Shown here piece by piece: positions 1 through 12,200 of a stretch of DNA of 64,000 nt (positions within the stretch are counted from its first letter, which is position 1; the number at the start of each line of letters is the position of its first letter). Made by a program: the position numbers and the translations under genes. The stretch covers positions 52,888,001-52,952,000 of the forward strand of contig NC_045696.1 in assembly GCF_009834535.1 (NCBI RefSeq), in the 5' to 3' direction. Origin of the DNA: Camelus ferus (taxonomy: Eukaryota). Under the pieces are notes generated by a model. That model was not told the origin of the DNA. It ran no database searches and saw only the letters and a list, made by a program, of their open reading frames with translations.

Positions 1-70
1 GGTTCAATCCCCAGTACTTCTGCTAAGGGGAAAAAAAACCCCAAAATCAAACAATGAAAAAAAAATTAAA
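1..70 (+). mobile_element. 3' part of tRNA-derived camelid SINE (Vic-1-like), cut by window edge
   Basis: Starts with B box GGTTCAATCCCCAGTAC followed by an A-rich tail; matches the copy at 15865. Confidence 0.8.
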
Positions 71-1341
71 CACAAAAAGTCTTTTGGTGCATTTGAGGTC
101 ATGCAAGGTGGGTGGTCTTTTAGGCTTGCTGATCCCTATCTTGATGAGAGCAATAATAGCCAGGTTTTCAGAAGATAATTGGGTAAATTTTGAGCAGGAG
201 GTCTTGGAATGTCTTCAAAAAATCACTACTCTCAAATCTCCTCAGCCTTCCCTTCCCTGGATACTATTCTAAAATACTGTTAGTTTCCAGAAGGCTAAAC
301 CTGATTATATCAATATCTCAACATAACGTTTACTGATGAAATTTTAGGTTCCTGGTCTAAAAAACCTCGCAATTTCAAGGTGAAAAAAGTTAAGCACCTC
401 AAATCATTGCCTTTGGACAGATGGTTTCACCTGCTGGCAAACTTAGCCATGGCTCTCGGGCAACACTGTCTGACCTGCTGTGTTCAGGGGCAGAGGAGAC
501 CACAGGGAAGGTGGGAAGGCAGAAAACCATGAGGGGGAAGCCCTGCAGCAAACAAGAAGGCAATAGAGAGGGGCACAGGGTGATCATAGGAAGAAATCCA
601 GAGAATCAGACCATGGGGAAGGATAAGAGCAGGAAAAAAATGCTATCAGAATTACAACAGCCTAGAGCAGACTCACAGATACTTACAAAATCAGCCTGCT
701 GGCAGTCAGGGCAGGCAGGTTTATTTTGGTTGGTTGAGCCTAAGCCTATTCACAACACGACTTCATTTGGATATGACATAAAATAACCATGCTAAGAAGT
801 GGTTACCTGTCATTCTACCCATCTGAGAGTAAGTGAATAGATAAGCATATGATTGCATAAGTGGCTGGGTATAGGAAAGCTCAAGGGTCACAAAAGTTTG
901 GAGTGGTCATTTTGGACAACATAGTGATAACCTTTAGTCCTCCTTAAAGGACTGGGAGGGGCTCAAACCATTTTTTTTAACCAGTATCCCTGGTCTTGAC
1001 ATAGTTCCAGGTAGTCTAAGGGCAGGTTATCAAGGCATTGTCTTCACATCGGGGATAATGAAAAACTTGTGTCCCTATTTCAATGCTTATCTAATGGAAA
1101 GTCTATCTAGAGAGTTGTCAGGTGCTATCACGGAAGACAGCTATCAGTCACTGGTGTGGGGAATAGGGGCACTGGCCACAGATGAACTGCATGTGCCTCT
1201 GACACCTTGGTTAGCACATGACTAGGTTGGATCCATGCTAATCAAAAGAATAAAATTCCAAAATGGTCAGGTGTCTGACTTCCGCTTCCTCTAATCCAAT
1301 CTGTTCCTCTTTCCATCAAGGAGTCAAAATTGAAATATCTT

Positions 1342-1522
1342 GTACTGGTTTTTTTTTGTTTTTGTTTTTGTTTTTGTTTTTGTTTTTGTTTTTTTATGAA
1401 GGGGAGGTAATTAGGCTTTGTTTCTTCATTGATTTCCACTTGGAGTAGGTACTGGGGATTGGACCCTTGACTTTTCGGGTGCTGAGCATGCACTCTACCA
1501 CTTGAAGCTATACCCTTCCCCC
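1342..1522 (-). mobile_element. tRNA-Ala-derived camelid SINE (Vic-1-like), full length
   Basis: Reverse complement reads GGGGGAAGGGTATAGCTTCAAGTGGTAGAGTGCATGCTCAGCA...CCTAATTACCTCCCC plus (CAAAAA)n tail; 15-bp TSD AAATTG[A/G]AATATCTT at 1327-1341 and 1523-1537. Confidence 0.9.
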
Positions 1523-3012
1523 AAATTGGAATATCTTAAAGTGACTTAAGAATGAGAGGTATTTGGAAGAAAACAGAAGTGTGTGTGTAAAAAAATATGT
1601 TTACAGACAACTAGAGAAAGGTAAGTGACAGAATTAGGATTAGCAGGAACATTGAATTATTCCTCAACCTGGCAAAAATATATTTTTCACTAAAGAGTCG
1701 AAAATATAAAACTTGAGGCACACATATTTAAATGAAGTTTAGCTGAATGAATGTTTAAAAGTAATTTCACTAAATGTATTCATATAGATTTAATTTATTT
1801 TCTGAAAAAGACACTAGTAACTTCTCCAAATTACAATCCAGGACACAGGTCCTCAAAGTTTCCAGGTAGCAGAGCACCAGATAATCGCAGCACTCTTTGT
1901 CTAACAATACATGCAATTACAAGAAACTAAAGTTTGATTAGTGACTTTGTGTTTACCCTATATTGGATTGTTAGATTTTAATTTTAAAAAATCATATAGA
2001 CATCAAAAAATCTGAGAATGTTTTATGGGAAAATCTTCAATCAATAAAATTCAATCTTATTCAGTAATATTTCTCCTCTATGACTCAGTAAAAGAATGCT
2101 GATTTCCATTTTAGCAGCAGAACCACTAAGTTTAGTTTCTGGAACATCAGTGTTCATTAGCACACAGTTTGAAAGCCATTGAATGGCTTCAAAAGGACAG
2201 ATTATTGCAATGGTGCTCAAGAGATAGACTAAAATCAAGTAACATAAAGGGATCTCCTGCCAAACTTCGATAGCCATGAGTGAAAAGCCAAATATGATCA
2301 AGAGAAAGAGACTCACATTCTTGGGTTCTTCATAAAGCTGAACTTTCTATTTCCTGCTACAGAGAGAGAGGGAGAGAGTCTACAAATACAGGAAGGGTGG
2401 CTCCCGTTTGTAATGAGTATCACCCCCTCAGAATGAAAGGTATAGTAAAGAATTTAATTTGACAACTATTACACATGCAGCACTGGGCTGAGAAGATACA
2501 ACAAAGCATAAGAAGACAATACTAAAATGTAAAGAGGATGTAACTATTTAGGAAATCATTATATTAATGACAATTAATTAATGATGAGTTAAATTTGCTT
2601 TTACTGTTGATATCATTACTTTGGATGTTCTGGTTTCCAACATTCGAGTACAATGACCAGTGCCCAGACACAATCAGCATTCATTAAGAGTTAATTTCTT
2701 TTTAGTCTCTTATTCTTTCTGCCACAACCATCTCTAAGTTTTTACCTTTTAGATTCTGCATGATCTGTCCTATATCTGATGTACCACTTATAAAATGTTA
2801 AGAGTGAAGATTTAACACAGATGTCTTTTCTGAACAAAAATCTTTTATTGCTGATATATATCTATATCGCGAGATATCTATCTATATCTGCCTATCTATC
2901 TATCCTATTATTTCATTGATAATCAAAAATGTTTTTGAAAAAAAGAATTTCCTGAAATTTTGCTTTATGTTTTCCAAGTTTGTCTTAATTTGGAACCAAA
3001 AGAGGTGCAGAA

Positions 3013-3339
3013 TAGGGGTTAGCAAACTATGGCCCTTGGGCCAAATTTGACCTGGTACCTGTTTTTGTACAGGACATAATGGTTTTTGCACCATAAAATA
3101 TTTTTTTAATTAAAACATGAACAATATTTTGTGGCACATGAAAAGTATATGAGATTCAAATCCTAGTGTTCATAAATAAAGTTTTATTGAGATACAGCTG
3201 TGCCCATCTATTTACTCGCTGTCTATGACTGCTGTCAGCTACAACAGCAGAGTTTACTTGCAACAAAGACCATATGGCCTGTAAAGCTTAAAATATTTAG
3301 TACCTAGTCCTTTACGGAAAAAAATTTTGGCAACCTCTG
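3013..3339 (+). mobile_element. hAT-Charlie MITE, MER58B-like
   Basis: Termini TAGGGGTTAGCAAACT...TTTGGCAACCTCTG and internal AAATAAAGTTTTATTG...AAAATATTTA segments typical of MER58; ~330 bp fits the long subfamily. Confidence 0.85.
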
Positions 3340-3564
3340 ATATAAAGGAACAAAATCTAACACGCAAGTCCAAAGAACTTCATTTTTCATTGAGCTAATT
3401 TTTTTCCCATTTTTTTTAAACTGGGGAATATAGTGGATAATAACAAAGCTGTATTTCAGAATGTCCTATGATCTAGGATCTAAGCAATTATTTTCAAACA
3501 ATTATAGTATCAGTATTGCTGAGTCCACCTTCATTTTTTGGTCATTCTAAATATCATTCTAAAG

Positions 3565-3715
3565 CAGCAGTTTCCAAACTAGGAAAAGCCATCCAGGGAA
3601 CTACTTAAAAAAAGATGATTATCAGGTCCAGCTCCAGAAGTTCTAGTCCAGTAGGTCTGCGGTGAGCCCCAGGAATCTGCATTTTAACACCGTGGGGGTG
3701 ATTCAGATGTATACT
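3565..3715. mobile_element. hAT-Charlie MITE, MER5-like
   Basis: CAGCAGTTTCCAAACT start and CAGTAGGTCTG...CCCAGGAATCTGCATTTTAACA...GGTGATTC core. Confidence 0.75.
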
Positions 3716-4692
3716 CTCACTGCCAAAGCTTCACAAAGGCGCCCCAGTTCACAGCCTCCTTTGCCCCAGACTCAACAAACCAGCCACAATGTAAAGAAAG
3801 CTTTCAAAGCTCTGGCTGTAGGTATGAACTGATGCAAGTCTCAGCTTGCATCCTGAGACTTTCTAGAGAAGAGAGTCCTGCACTTGCCCAGAAGTTGCTC
3901 CTGGGAGAAATGCAGTAAGACTTAGAACTGTACTAACAGCCTCATACTTGTTTCTTTCTAAGAAAAGGCCAAAAAGGCCCCAGGAATTTCTTTTGCCTGC
4001 TGGAGAGACAGTGATTGCAAACCCATTAGGTGCACAGCATTTGGGTTCTCACAGCAGAGAAAAGCCATTATATGAAATCACACACAAACATCCAACAACA
4101 AGATGGGAAAGAAATGCACACAAGAATTGGTCACAGAGCTTTCAAATTATGAAACTAGAAATTATATTTCCAAGAGTTGAAAAGTTTTCCCAAATGAGAG
4201 TAGTAGTAACCCCAATTCACAGTAAACCTTTTTCTCATTTCATGCTGCCTGGGAGTTCTTAAAATTGATGGATTCTAGAAGAAATGGCATGACATTCTCA
4301 TAGGGACTGGCAGCCTGGAATGGCCACACTGTTTAGACCCTGAAACCCAGACATATTCATCCCTCCCACCCTTTTAAATGGTCCTCTTTGCCCTGAGTCA
4401 AAGCTCAAGACTAAGGCTAAGTCTATTCAGCAGGGACAGGGAGAGAAAGGCTGCAGGGAATCAGAAGACAGTCATCCTTAGAAAGGTGCAGCCCTGGGAA
4501 ATCAACCTCACCATCAAAGATCCTCAAAGCCCTACAAGGTCTCGGGGAAGGCAGAGGCTTAAAGAAAAAAAAATATGTATATATATTAGCAGTGTGGTCC
4601 TGAAATAAAGAAGGTACAAAGACAGGATATCCCTGTTTAAACAGTTCCAGTGCACAAAGAGCAACTCTACCCGAAGAGAACCAATGTGGAAG

Positions 4693-4693
<1 letters not shown>

Positions 4694-4759
<66 letters not shown>
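4694..4759. repeat. Compound microsatellite (TG)n(AG)n
   Basis: Perfect TG run directly followed by a perfect AG run. Confidence 0.98.
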
Positions 4760-4761
<2 letters not shown>

Positions 4762-5312
4762 TCCAACTTCCTACTCCTTTACATTTTTCTATCTCACCTG
4801 AAAGTGCCCTATTGTCTGACTTTCCTGGGATACTGCAGACACTTTGTAAGACTCTAGGAAGAAATAAACATTTATGCGAATGAGCAGAGCAGGAACAGCA
4901 TCTGCTTTATGCAAGCTAGAAAAAGTATGGCGTTCACCATCAATCCTTTTGCCTCAGGACATAAAGCGATTACCAGCTGGACTCAGAAACATCCCTGTAC
5001 CACGTAGCAGAGGGCCTTGTGAGAAGGAAGAGTTACAGGCTGCTCAGAACAAGTGTGCAGCTCGGCTGATACAGTTAAGAGGTTGCTGGTTCTAAAAGTA
5101 TTAAAATGTTCATGCCTAGTTGTTATTTATATCTCAGCATCTCTCTTTTTATGTCCTTTTTTATTTCTTCTTAGATTTCTATTGACTTACATACTCAGTT
5201 ATTTCTGAAGTCCTGAAAATGAGTGAAGGAAAATTGAATAGAAATAGAAAGCTAAAAGGACTCACAAGAATGAGTGAGGAAGTGATCACATGCATAATTC
5301 CTGGGTAGGTTC

Positions 5313-5315
<3 letters not shown>

Positions 5316-5358
<43 letters not shown>
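5316..5358. repeat. (TG)n microsatellite
   Basis: Perfect dinucleotide run. Confidence 0.98.
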
Positions 5359-5360
<2 letters not shown>

Positions 5361-5589
5361 ATAGAAATGTGGAAGAAGGGGAAGCAAGAGGACCCTTACT
5401 GTTCAGTATTTTTGTTGTTGTTGTCTCCATTCTCCCAAATCAAAGACATCTAAATCATTTATTCTTCAGTGCTTGGAACAGCTTGTGGGACTTCTCCACC
5501 TGCCACCTTAGACATCACCTGGTTTCTACTCTAGCTCTTGAAGAGCTGGCAAAGGCAAGGGGAAAGGCATCAGGGATCAAGAAGGGGGA

Positions 5590-5602
5590 CCACCAGGGGG
5601 AG
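5590..5602 (+). promoter_or_regulatory. Candidate CTCF motif
   Basis: CCACCAGGGGGAG is close to the CTCF core CCACCAGGGGGCG; motif only, no binding evidence. Confidence 0.35.
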
Positions 5603-5771
5603 AGCAGGGGAATATAGGAAGTAGTAATCTGAGAAAGCAGAGAGGTATGAGTGCCAGGAGAAGGGCAGCAATAGAATGTGGGAAAGAAAACAGAACTGAG
5701 ATTCTTGAGGATTGAAAAATGAAGAAAAGAATTTAAATGGTGTGTGGAATGCAAATAAGAAAAGGTAGAGG

Positions 5772-6008
5772 AATAATCACAAGCATTTACTGAATGAAAA
5801 CTATGTGCTAAGACTCTCACATTAATCACAGTATTTAACTTGAAAACTCTGTAATACAAGTATTATTAAACATACACATAATTTAGAGATGTGTTAAGGC
5901 ACGGAAAAGATCTGAATCAGTTTTTCAAGATTTTAAAGCTAATACGTGACAGGATCAGGATTTGAATTCAGCTCTGTCCAGCTCTGAAGTCCACGTTTTT
6001 GAAACTAG
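5772..6008 (-). mobile_element. MIR SINE relic
   Basis: GCATTTACTGA...TATGTGC and CAGGATTTGAATTCAGCTCTGTC...CTCTGAAGTCCACG resemble the MIR reverse complement. Confidence 0.65.
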
Positions 6009-6288
6009 AGCAGAAATTCTATTTCAGAAATAAGGAAAAGGGATTAGCCTGAAAAAAAAAATCAATGACTTGATATAGAAGAAATCTAGAAAATAAAGAA
6101 AAAAGAGAGCTGTACTCTAAGACATGAGATATTTGGTGATTAGATCAAATATAGTTAGATTAGATTTTAAAACTTTTTGATATAGCAAGAGATTTAGAAA
6201 ATTTACCTTAACATTTACATTTGATTTTTTCTGGTCATTCTACCTTATTTCACCTGTTTTGTTTCATTTTGTTTTATAAAATAAGTAA

Positions 6289-6505
6289 GCCTGTGTGGTA
6301 TAACAGAATCTTGGAACTGGATTTAGGGAACTTGAGTTTATAGCTTTGCCATTAACTTTGGGAGAGTCATTAAAACTCTTCAAAGTTCACTTTCCTCATC
6401 TGTAAAATAGAGGTCATAGTACCTTTCTTGATGACCTTATAATATGGCCAAGAAATCTGAAAGAGATAATATATGCAAATTACCAAGTACTATATATTTA
6501 TAAGT
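6289..6505 (+). mobile_element. MIR SINE relic
   Basis: MIR core TTTCCTCATCTGTAAAATAG...ATAGTACCT...GAGATAATATATG. Confidence 0.75.
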
Positions 6506-6974
6506 AAATGCACATAGTTAAATTTCATAGTATTCCTGTCTAGACTACTGAGATCTTTGAGCTGATGCCCCCTTTGTCCCCTTTGTAGATTATCCCAGAA
6601 TTTGACCTTCCATGTAGGAATCAGTCCACAAAGGTATATGCCCAAAGGAGCTGACCACTACCCATTGCATGTGCCAGAGCCTGCATGTCCTTAGAAATGT
6701 TTTACACTCTGAGTTTCTGCCATCTTATGGGTTTATTCTTCCCGCTTGGAGCCTTTCCAGAATTTTTATTGTGTATTTAAATCTAATCAAGACTTGAACA
6801 TTGCCTCTGACTATTGCAAAACATCAGTTTGTTTTGTTTGCCATAACAGAGTTTGAGCTTTTAGATTTCAGTGTACTGATGAATGCAAACAATACATGCT
6901 GTCCCTCTTCCTTCAGAAGGACATTCTCCTCCTCTCTGTCTGGGCTTTTTCTAAGCCAACTCTCAAGAACCAGT

Positions 6975-7235
6975 CCACATGACATCTCCTTTATGAAATT
7001 TTTCTCAGCATCTTTCCCTCTGCCTCTTCCTCTTAATACCTGCTTGAAACTACCCTTATTCTCAGCTCAAGACCTTTTTGGTCTCTCTCTATTCTCCAGT
7101 AATTTTGTTCATGCAATTATGGTGGCCTAGATCATGTTGCACTGACATCATCTGTGTACATTTCCGTCTCCCCAACTAGACTATGCAAGTCCTGAAGTTA
7201 CGTCTCCAAGCCTATTTATCTTTATATCCTTGCCC
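6975..7235 (+). mobile_element. L2 LINE 3' fragment
   Basis: GTCTCCCCAACTAGACTATGCAAGTCCTGAAG...TTATCTTTATATCC resembles the L2 3' region. Confidence 0.6.
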
Positions 7236-7385
7236 CTCATTTGTTTATTGATTTGTACATTTATTTATACTTTCAACTAAATGTATTATTGAGTACATGC
7301 TACACGTCAGACACTGTGCTGGGTGCAAAAGACACAGAGGTGAATAGAACCAGCCTATTTTCACTTTCATGATCTTGCCTCTCCA
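7236..7385 (-). mobile_element. L2 LINE 3' end
   Basis: TTCAACTAAATGTATTATTGAGTACATGCTACACGTCAGACACTGTGCTGGGTGC is the reverse-complement L2 tail. Confidence 0.7.
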
Positions 7386-7490
7386 ATGTGCATGCGTGCA
7401 TGTGTGTGTGTATGTGATTATTTGATTAAGTCTAAGTTATGACCCTGTTCAGTGCTAAGAAGGCAAAATCATCTAAAAAAAGCCACTTAA

Positions 7491-7746
7491 ATTAGGAGTT
7501 TAGGATTAACAGATATACACTACTATATACAAAATTGATAAACAACAAGTACCTACTGTAGCACAGAGAACTATATTAAATGTCTTGTAATAAGCTATAA
7601 TGGGAAAGAATCTGAAAAAATATATATATATACATATGTATGTATATGTATAACTGAGCCATTTTGCTGTACACCTAAAATCAAACATTGCAAATGAACT
7701 ACACTTCAATAAAAAATAAAATTAAAAAAATAAAAACACAAAAAAG
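7491..7746 (+). mobile_element. 5'-truncated cetartiodactyl-type L1 3' end
   Basis: L1 3'UTR (GATTAACAGATATACACTACTATATA...GCTGTACACCT...AATAAA) with A tail; 14-bp TSD AAAAAGCCACTTAA at 7477-7490 and 7747-7760. Confidence 0.9.
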
Positions 7747-10700
7747 AAAAAGCCACTTAAGCTGAGATCTCAAGATTAAGTATTTTATTAACAAGTAAGA
7801 AGTTCACAGAACATAGTATGTGGTTAAAAAACAAAATGGAAAGCAAATGAAAGCCCTCCTCAAATGAAACAGGTAAGTTTAATAGAAATGACTGTTATTA
7901 CTACACGGCTCTGCACACACACCTGTAGTATCTCAGGAATTTCTAGGAGAGAATATTATTGCTTTTATTTCTTTTTGTAACAACTTCAAAACAGAGAGAT
8001 TAAAATCAGAGAGTGAGTGAAATGTAACACGAACGGTCTACTGTCAGTCCAAATCACAAATTATTCTGGAGATCCTCTCCCAAGTATTTTTCTCGGAAGA
8101 GATACTATCCTTTTCCTTTACAGCAGGGAAAACAAGTCAAGTAACCTTAATCTACCATTTGAATTTATTTGTTCCAATTGCATTTTTTATCTTCACTTGG
8201 CAAATAAGATTTCCTCCTACCCTCTCCAATCTGTACTGAAATATTTAATTGAGTGAAAGATTCGAGTAGGGGTTTTCTAAGTAGTTGCAGTATTTCATTT
8301 TAACAAATGTGATGGGTTGTAGCCATATCTCTACAAACAGACACCTATTACCAGAGGGCCCAGAATAATTTAATATTATCCCAAAGATCACTATGCACTA
8401 TGCCTGTCACATAGTAGATACTCAGTAAATGATGATGCCTTCTTAATGATGAATTGGAAATGATTTTTCTTTGACAAGCCATTGCTGTTGTGACTGAGTA
8501 GTTATTCAAGGGTTCACTGCCAGGGTTAAAGACTGTGGTCAAAGGACAAAGTGAAGCTCGCTAGCTTGTGGGACACCGTCCTTGATGTTCTGACCTCATT
8601 AGCATCAATCGCAGGGTTCTTGAACCCAGTACCAAAAATAGGCCTTATGACTGCATTAAGGAAAATTTCAGTTCCTCTCTACGGGAGCACGACCCCAGGG
8701 AAGACTGCAAATATGCATATAATCTGAAGTAACTTTACACAATGTGACCCTGGATGAGCTTTATACAAGAGTGTTTTTCTTCTAAAGTTCAGGAACAATA
8801 CTCCTAATTCGTACGACGCCTAACAACAGGCTGATGGTATGTTTACATAAAGGTTAGATGCTCCCCTAACAAACAGGTGATTGATTTTTTTTATTTGAAT
8901 TCTTGGAGCACTGAAGAATTCCTTTCTGTTCCAAACTACAACGAGGGCTCTTTTTTGGAAGATTTGTCTCTGTAGCTAATTTTTTATGCTAATCAGTCAC
9001 ATGGTTATCTCCACTTTAACACCCCTACTGATCCAGATCTTTTGCACAGATTATCTGCATTAGCCCTATAGAGGATTTCAAGCTTACCCAGGGATGTCTT
9101 GAGTTCCTCACTGACTTTTGCTAAAACAAATGGTTCTGATAAAGAAAGCTAATTGTTCTTTGAAGCAACAAATGATACCCAGAATTTCATAGTGCTCATA
9201 CTCATTAATTTTGCCTTGAGGAGGTCTTATTTTCCATCAGATATTTTACACACACTGACCAATAATGCATTCAGACTCACAGTTAAGAAATAAGCACGTG
9301 TTGGCAGTGTTTAACTATGAGGGGGCCCAAGAAGCCAAATGCTTTCTGCCACAGAATATGAAGTTACTATTGATTTCTCTCTTATTCAGTTGCACCACTG
9401 ATTTGATTTCTGTTGTAATCCTGCCACAGGTCTATTCTTTGGACCAAGACTCCATGATGACAACCGTGTGCAGAGTGGCTTCACCCATGTTCCTGTCATC
9501 ATGATCTTACTCTTAAGGTCTCACCCAAGACTTTGCAGTTACCAGGTGCTGCTCATTTTCACCACCCCCAGCAGTTTTACTTGGCCCTCTTCCATTCTAT
9601 TTTTTTCTTCCTTTATCCTTTATTCCTCTGTGGTGATCATAAACATGTGAGGAACAACATGCTGGGATTTCATAAAGTCCCTGAGTTATGAACTGAGAAG
9701 ACATGGATACTTCCCCAATTATCAGGGGAGCAGTTTTAATTAGCTTTTCTTCTAATAGTTCTTCCTCATTCTGTCCACACTCTCTCCCCTCCCTAACTCA
9801 CCCCTTTCTCTTTGGAAGCTTTCCAGCAATAAAGCAGAAGGAGGCAGTCTGAGAAAGGTTAGGCAAACACAACAATATTACCGGAATAAGTAACATATTG
9901 CTCATTAAACATTTAAAATCAACAGTTGCTCGCTCGATCTGCCAATATTTTGAGAAATGCCAGTTTTACTGCTAGGTGCCACTTGGCTTGAGCTGCTTAA
10001 TTCATGATTTGTGAACTGACATCCAATAACAAAACCATATTCCAGTTAGTCGAGAGGGAAGCTGAAATATCACAACACAAAGCTCCCTGACTGTTTCCCT
10101 CTCCTTCCCACCTCCCTCTTCCTCTCCCTCCCTCCCACCCTCGTGCCTCTGCCTTCATTCCAGAAACAAATGGATGTGTTAAAACAGTGAAATGTGTTTG
10201 TGGAAGATAAATAGTTTATCTTAAATATACCGTTGTAGTGTCAAACTGAGTCTCAAATACATGTACATATTTTATTCACAGACATAACATTTCCAAATGA
10301 GTAGCTTTTCCCCCCCTTTTCAAACATTTATACATGAACGTGATGTCTACAAAAAATAAGAAAGGAACGACAGTGTAGCTCAGATCTTATCAGTATTATG
10401 TGCCAATCTCATCAAGAACATGAGCTCAGACTGTAGTATTTTGTTTCATAAAAGACACCCTTTCCTGACTGGCAGCAGAGAGAAATCTCTAGATTTTTAA
10501 CACATCTCTCTCCTTCTACCATTTTGAAGTTTTGCTGAATTTTTGTTTTGCTGCCACAAATGTGTCCCTTCATGGCTAAAGCTTCCAATCATATGGTCAT
10601 GCTCTGTGTTTACTTTAGCAAGGAAATCCTTTGGTCAGTTGGAGCATCAATAACTAAGTTCCAGGACCTGTACTGTTTGAGGGAGAGGAGTTGTAAAAAC

Positions 10701-12071
10701 AAATAAAATGCGGCTCCCACACTTAGGCAGATCATAGACTGTGGGAGAGACAGCTAAGCAAACAAATGATGATGGTGTGCTGTAATCATGCTGTAACAGA
10801 GGTGCTCTGATCTTCTGCTACAACTCAGGCTTCTCAACTCAGTGAGACTGGATGTGTGCCATCAGGCCAGTGAGCTCCACGTCCCTGAGCCATACCCACA
10901 GGTGCCGTTTTCTACCACAATTATGAGGTGTGTGGTTGCCGATGCTGACGTAGCAAAATGACAATTTTCAACATCCACAGAGTCATGGGGAGATGATCAT
11001 GATTAGAAGAGAGAACCTCACAGGGAAGTGAGACTCTTCATGAGTGTCCCCTCAGAACAGTAGTGTGTTTCGGCTTGAGAATCTAAGATGGAAGGGAGCA
11101 AGGAAGAGATGATGGAGAGCACTTTGCACAAGCCTAATACCATTGGTCATGGGATACCACTGTGTATTGAAAAGATGCAATGATGAAGCATTTTTGTTCT
11201 GGTTATAAAGAATGACAAACAAGACAGAGGCAAAAGAATGCATCCTTTGCATTCATTATTAACCAATACAAGATTTACTTGGTACTTTGAGAACACACTA
11301 CTGTATAATAGAATTGTAATAATAATGATGATGGTGGCACATGTTACCATCTCCAGAAGTAAGTGAGAATTGCTTGGGAATGGATCTACAAGTATGGCAG
11401 CTAAAAAAGGATTTGATGAATCCAAATAGCTTTGGTGAATTACAGGGTCAAATTGAGTAGCAGAGACTGATGCTTCTGAAGCCTTGGTATTTGCACCATC
11501 TGCAAGTTGAATACATTACTCCAAATCTGCAGTACCCATATCTCAAAATTTTGATGAAAGCTACATGACAGTGTATTTATGATAGGCCCTAAATTACCAC
11601 TCTCATGCCTTTGGGGCTGCAAGTTCAGTCAAGTTTGCATCATTATTACCATTCCTTGGGCTTATAGAGGGCAAATTTTATGATCCAAGAAGTACAAGTC
11701 CAGCCAAGCAGGTAAGTGGGTTCAGATTTATTGTGAAGATGCACTATTCTACACTTTTCTGCTGCCCATGATATAGGTCCACAAGTGAGTGCATTTGACA
11801 AAATTAATGGAAACTGTCAAGTTCAAATTACCCAAGCCATTCGATGCTTGGAGTATCATAAATGAGTAAATAAAACCCAAAGATAAAGCTCAAACTTCAT
11901 ATTGCTAAAAATTTCAAATCCTACCTTCATCACTGAGGCATTTATTAGTTACCATTTGGTGGAAAATCTGACAAATATTGGTTTTATATGCCTCTTTTGA
12001 GCTTTTACACAGTAATTTACATTGCTACTAATAAACAAAAGCTGACATTAGAAGGTAGGAAGAGGAGATGT

Positions 12072-12200
12072 CATCCATTCACTCATCCATTCAATAAACA
12101 CACCATTAGTGCTTGTAATATGCTCCACTAAGCATGGGGCTATACAGATAGAGGGCAGAGCTCCTACCCTTCAGAGGCTCACATTTGAATGACAATTCTA
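12072..12200 (-). mobile_element. L2 LINE 3' end
   Basis: CATCCATTCACTCATCCATTCAATAAAC...CTACCCTTCAGAGGCTCACATT, reverse-complement L2 tail. Confidence 0.6.

Noticed and set aside
8571..8595. REST/RE1 site on the minus strand
   Set aside because: Both half-sites are mismatched and the spacing is non-canonical.
11668..11717. 44-nt exon ending in a perfect CAG/GTAAGT donor
   Set aside because: Weak acceptor and unrecognised peptide; identical donor 9-mers also occur at 7870 and at 17187 (inside a MITE), so the motif alone is uninformative.
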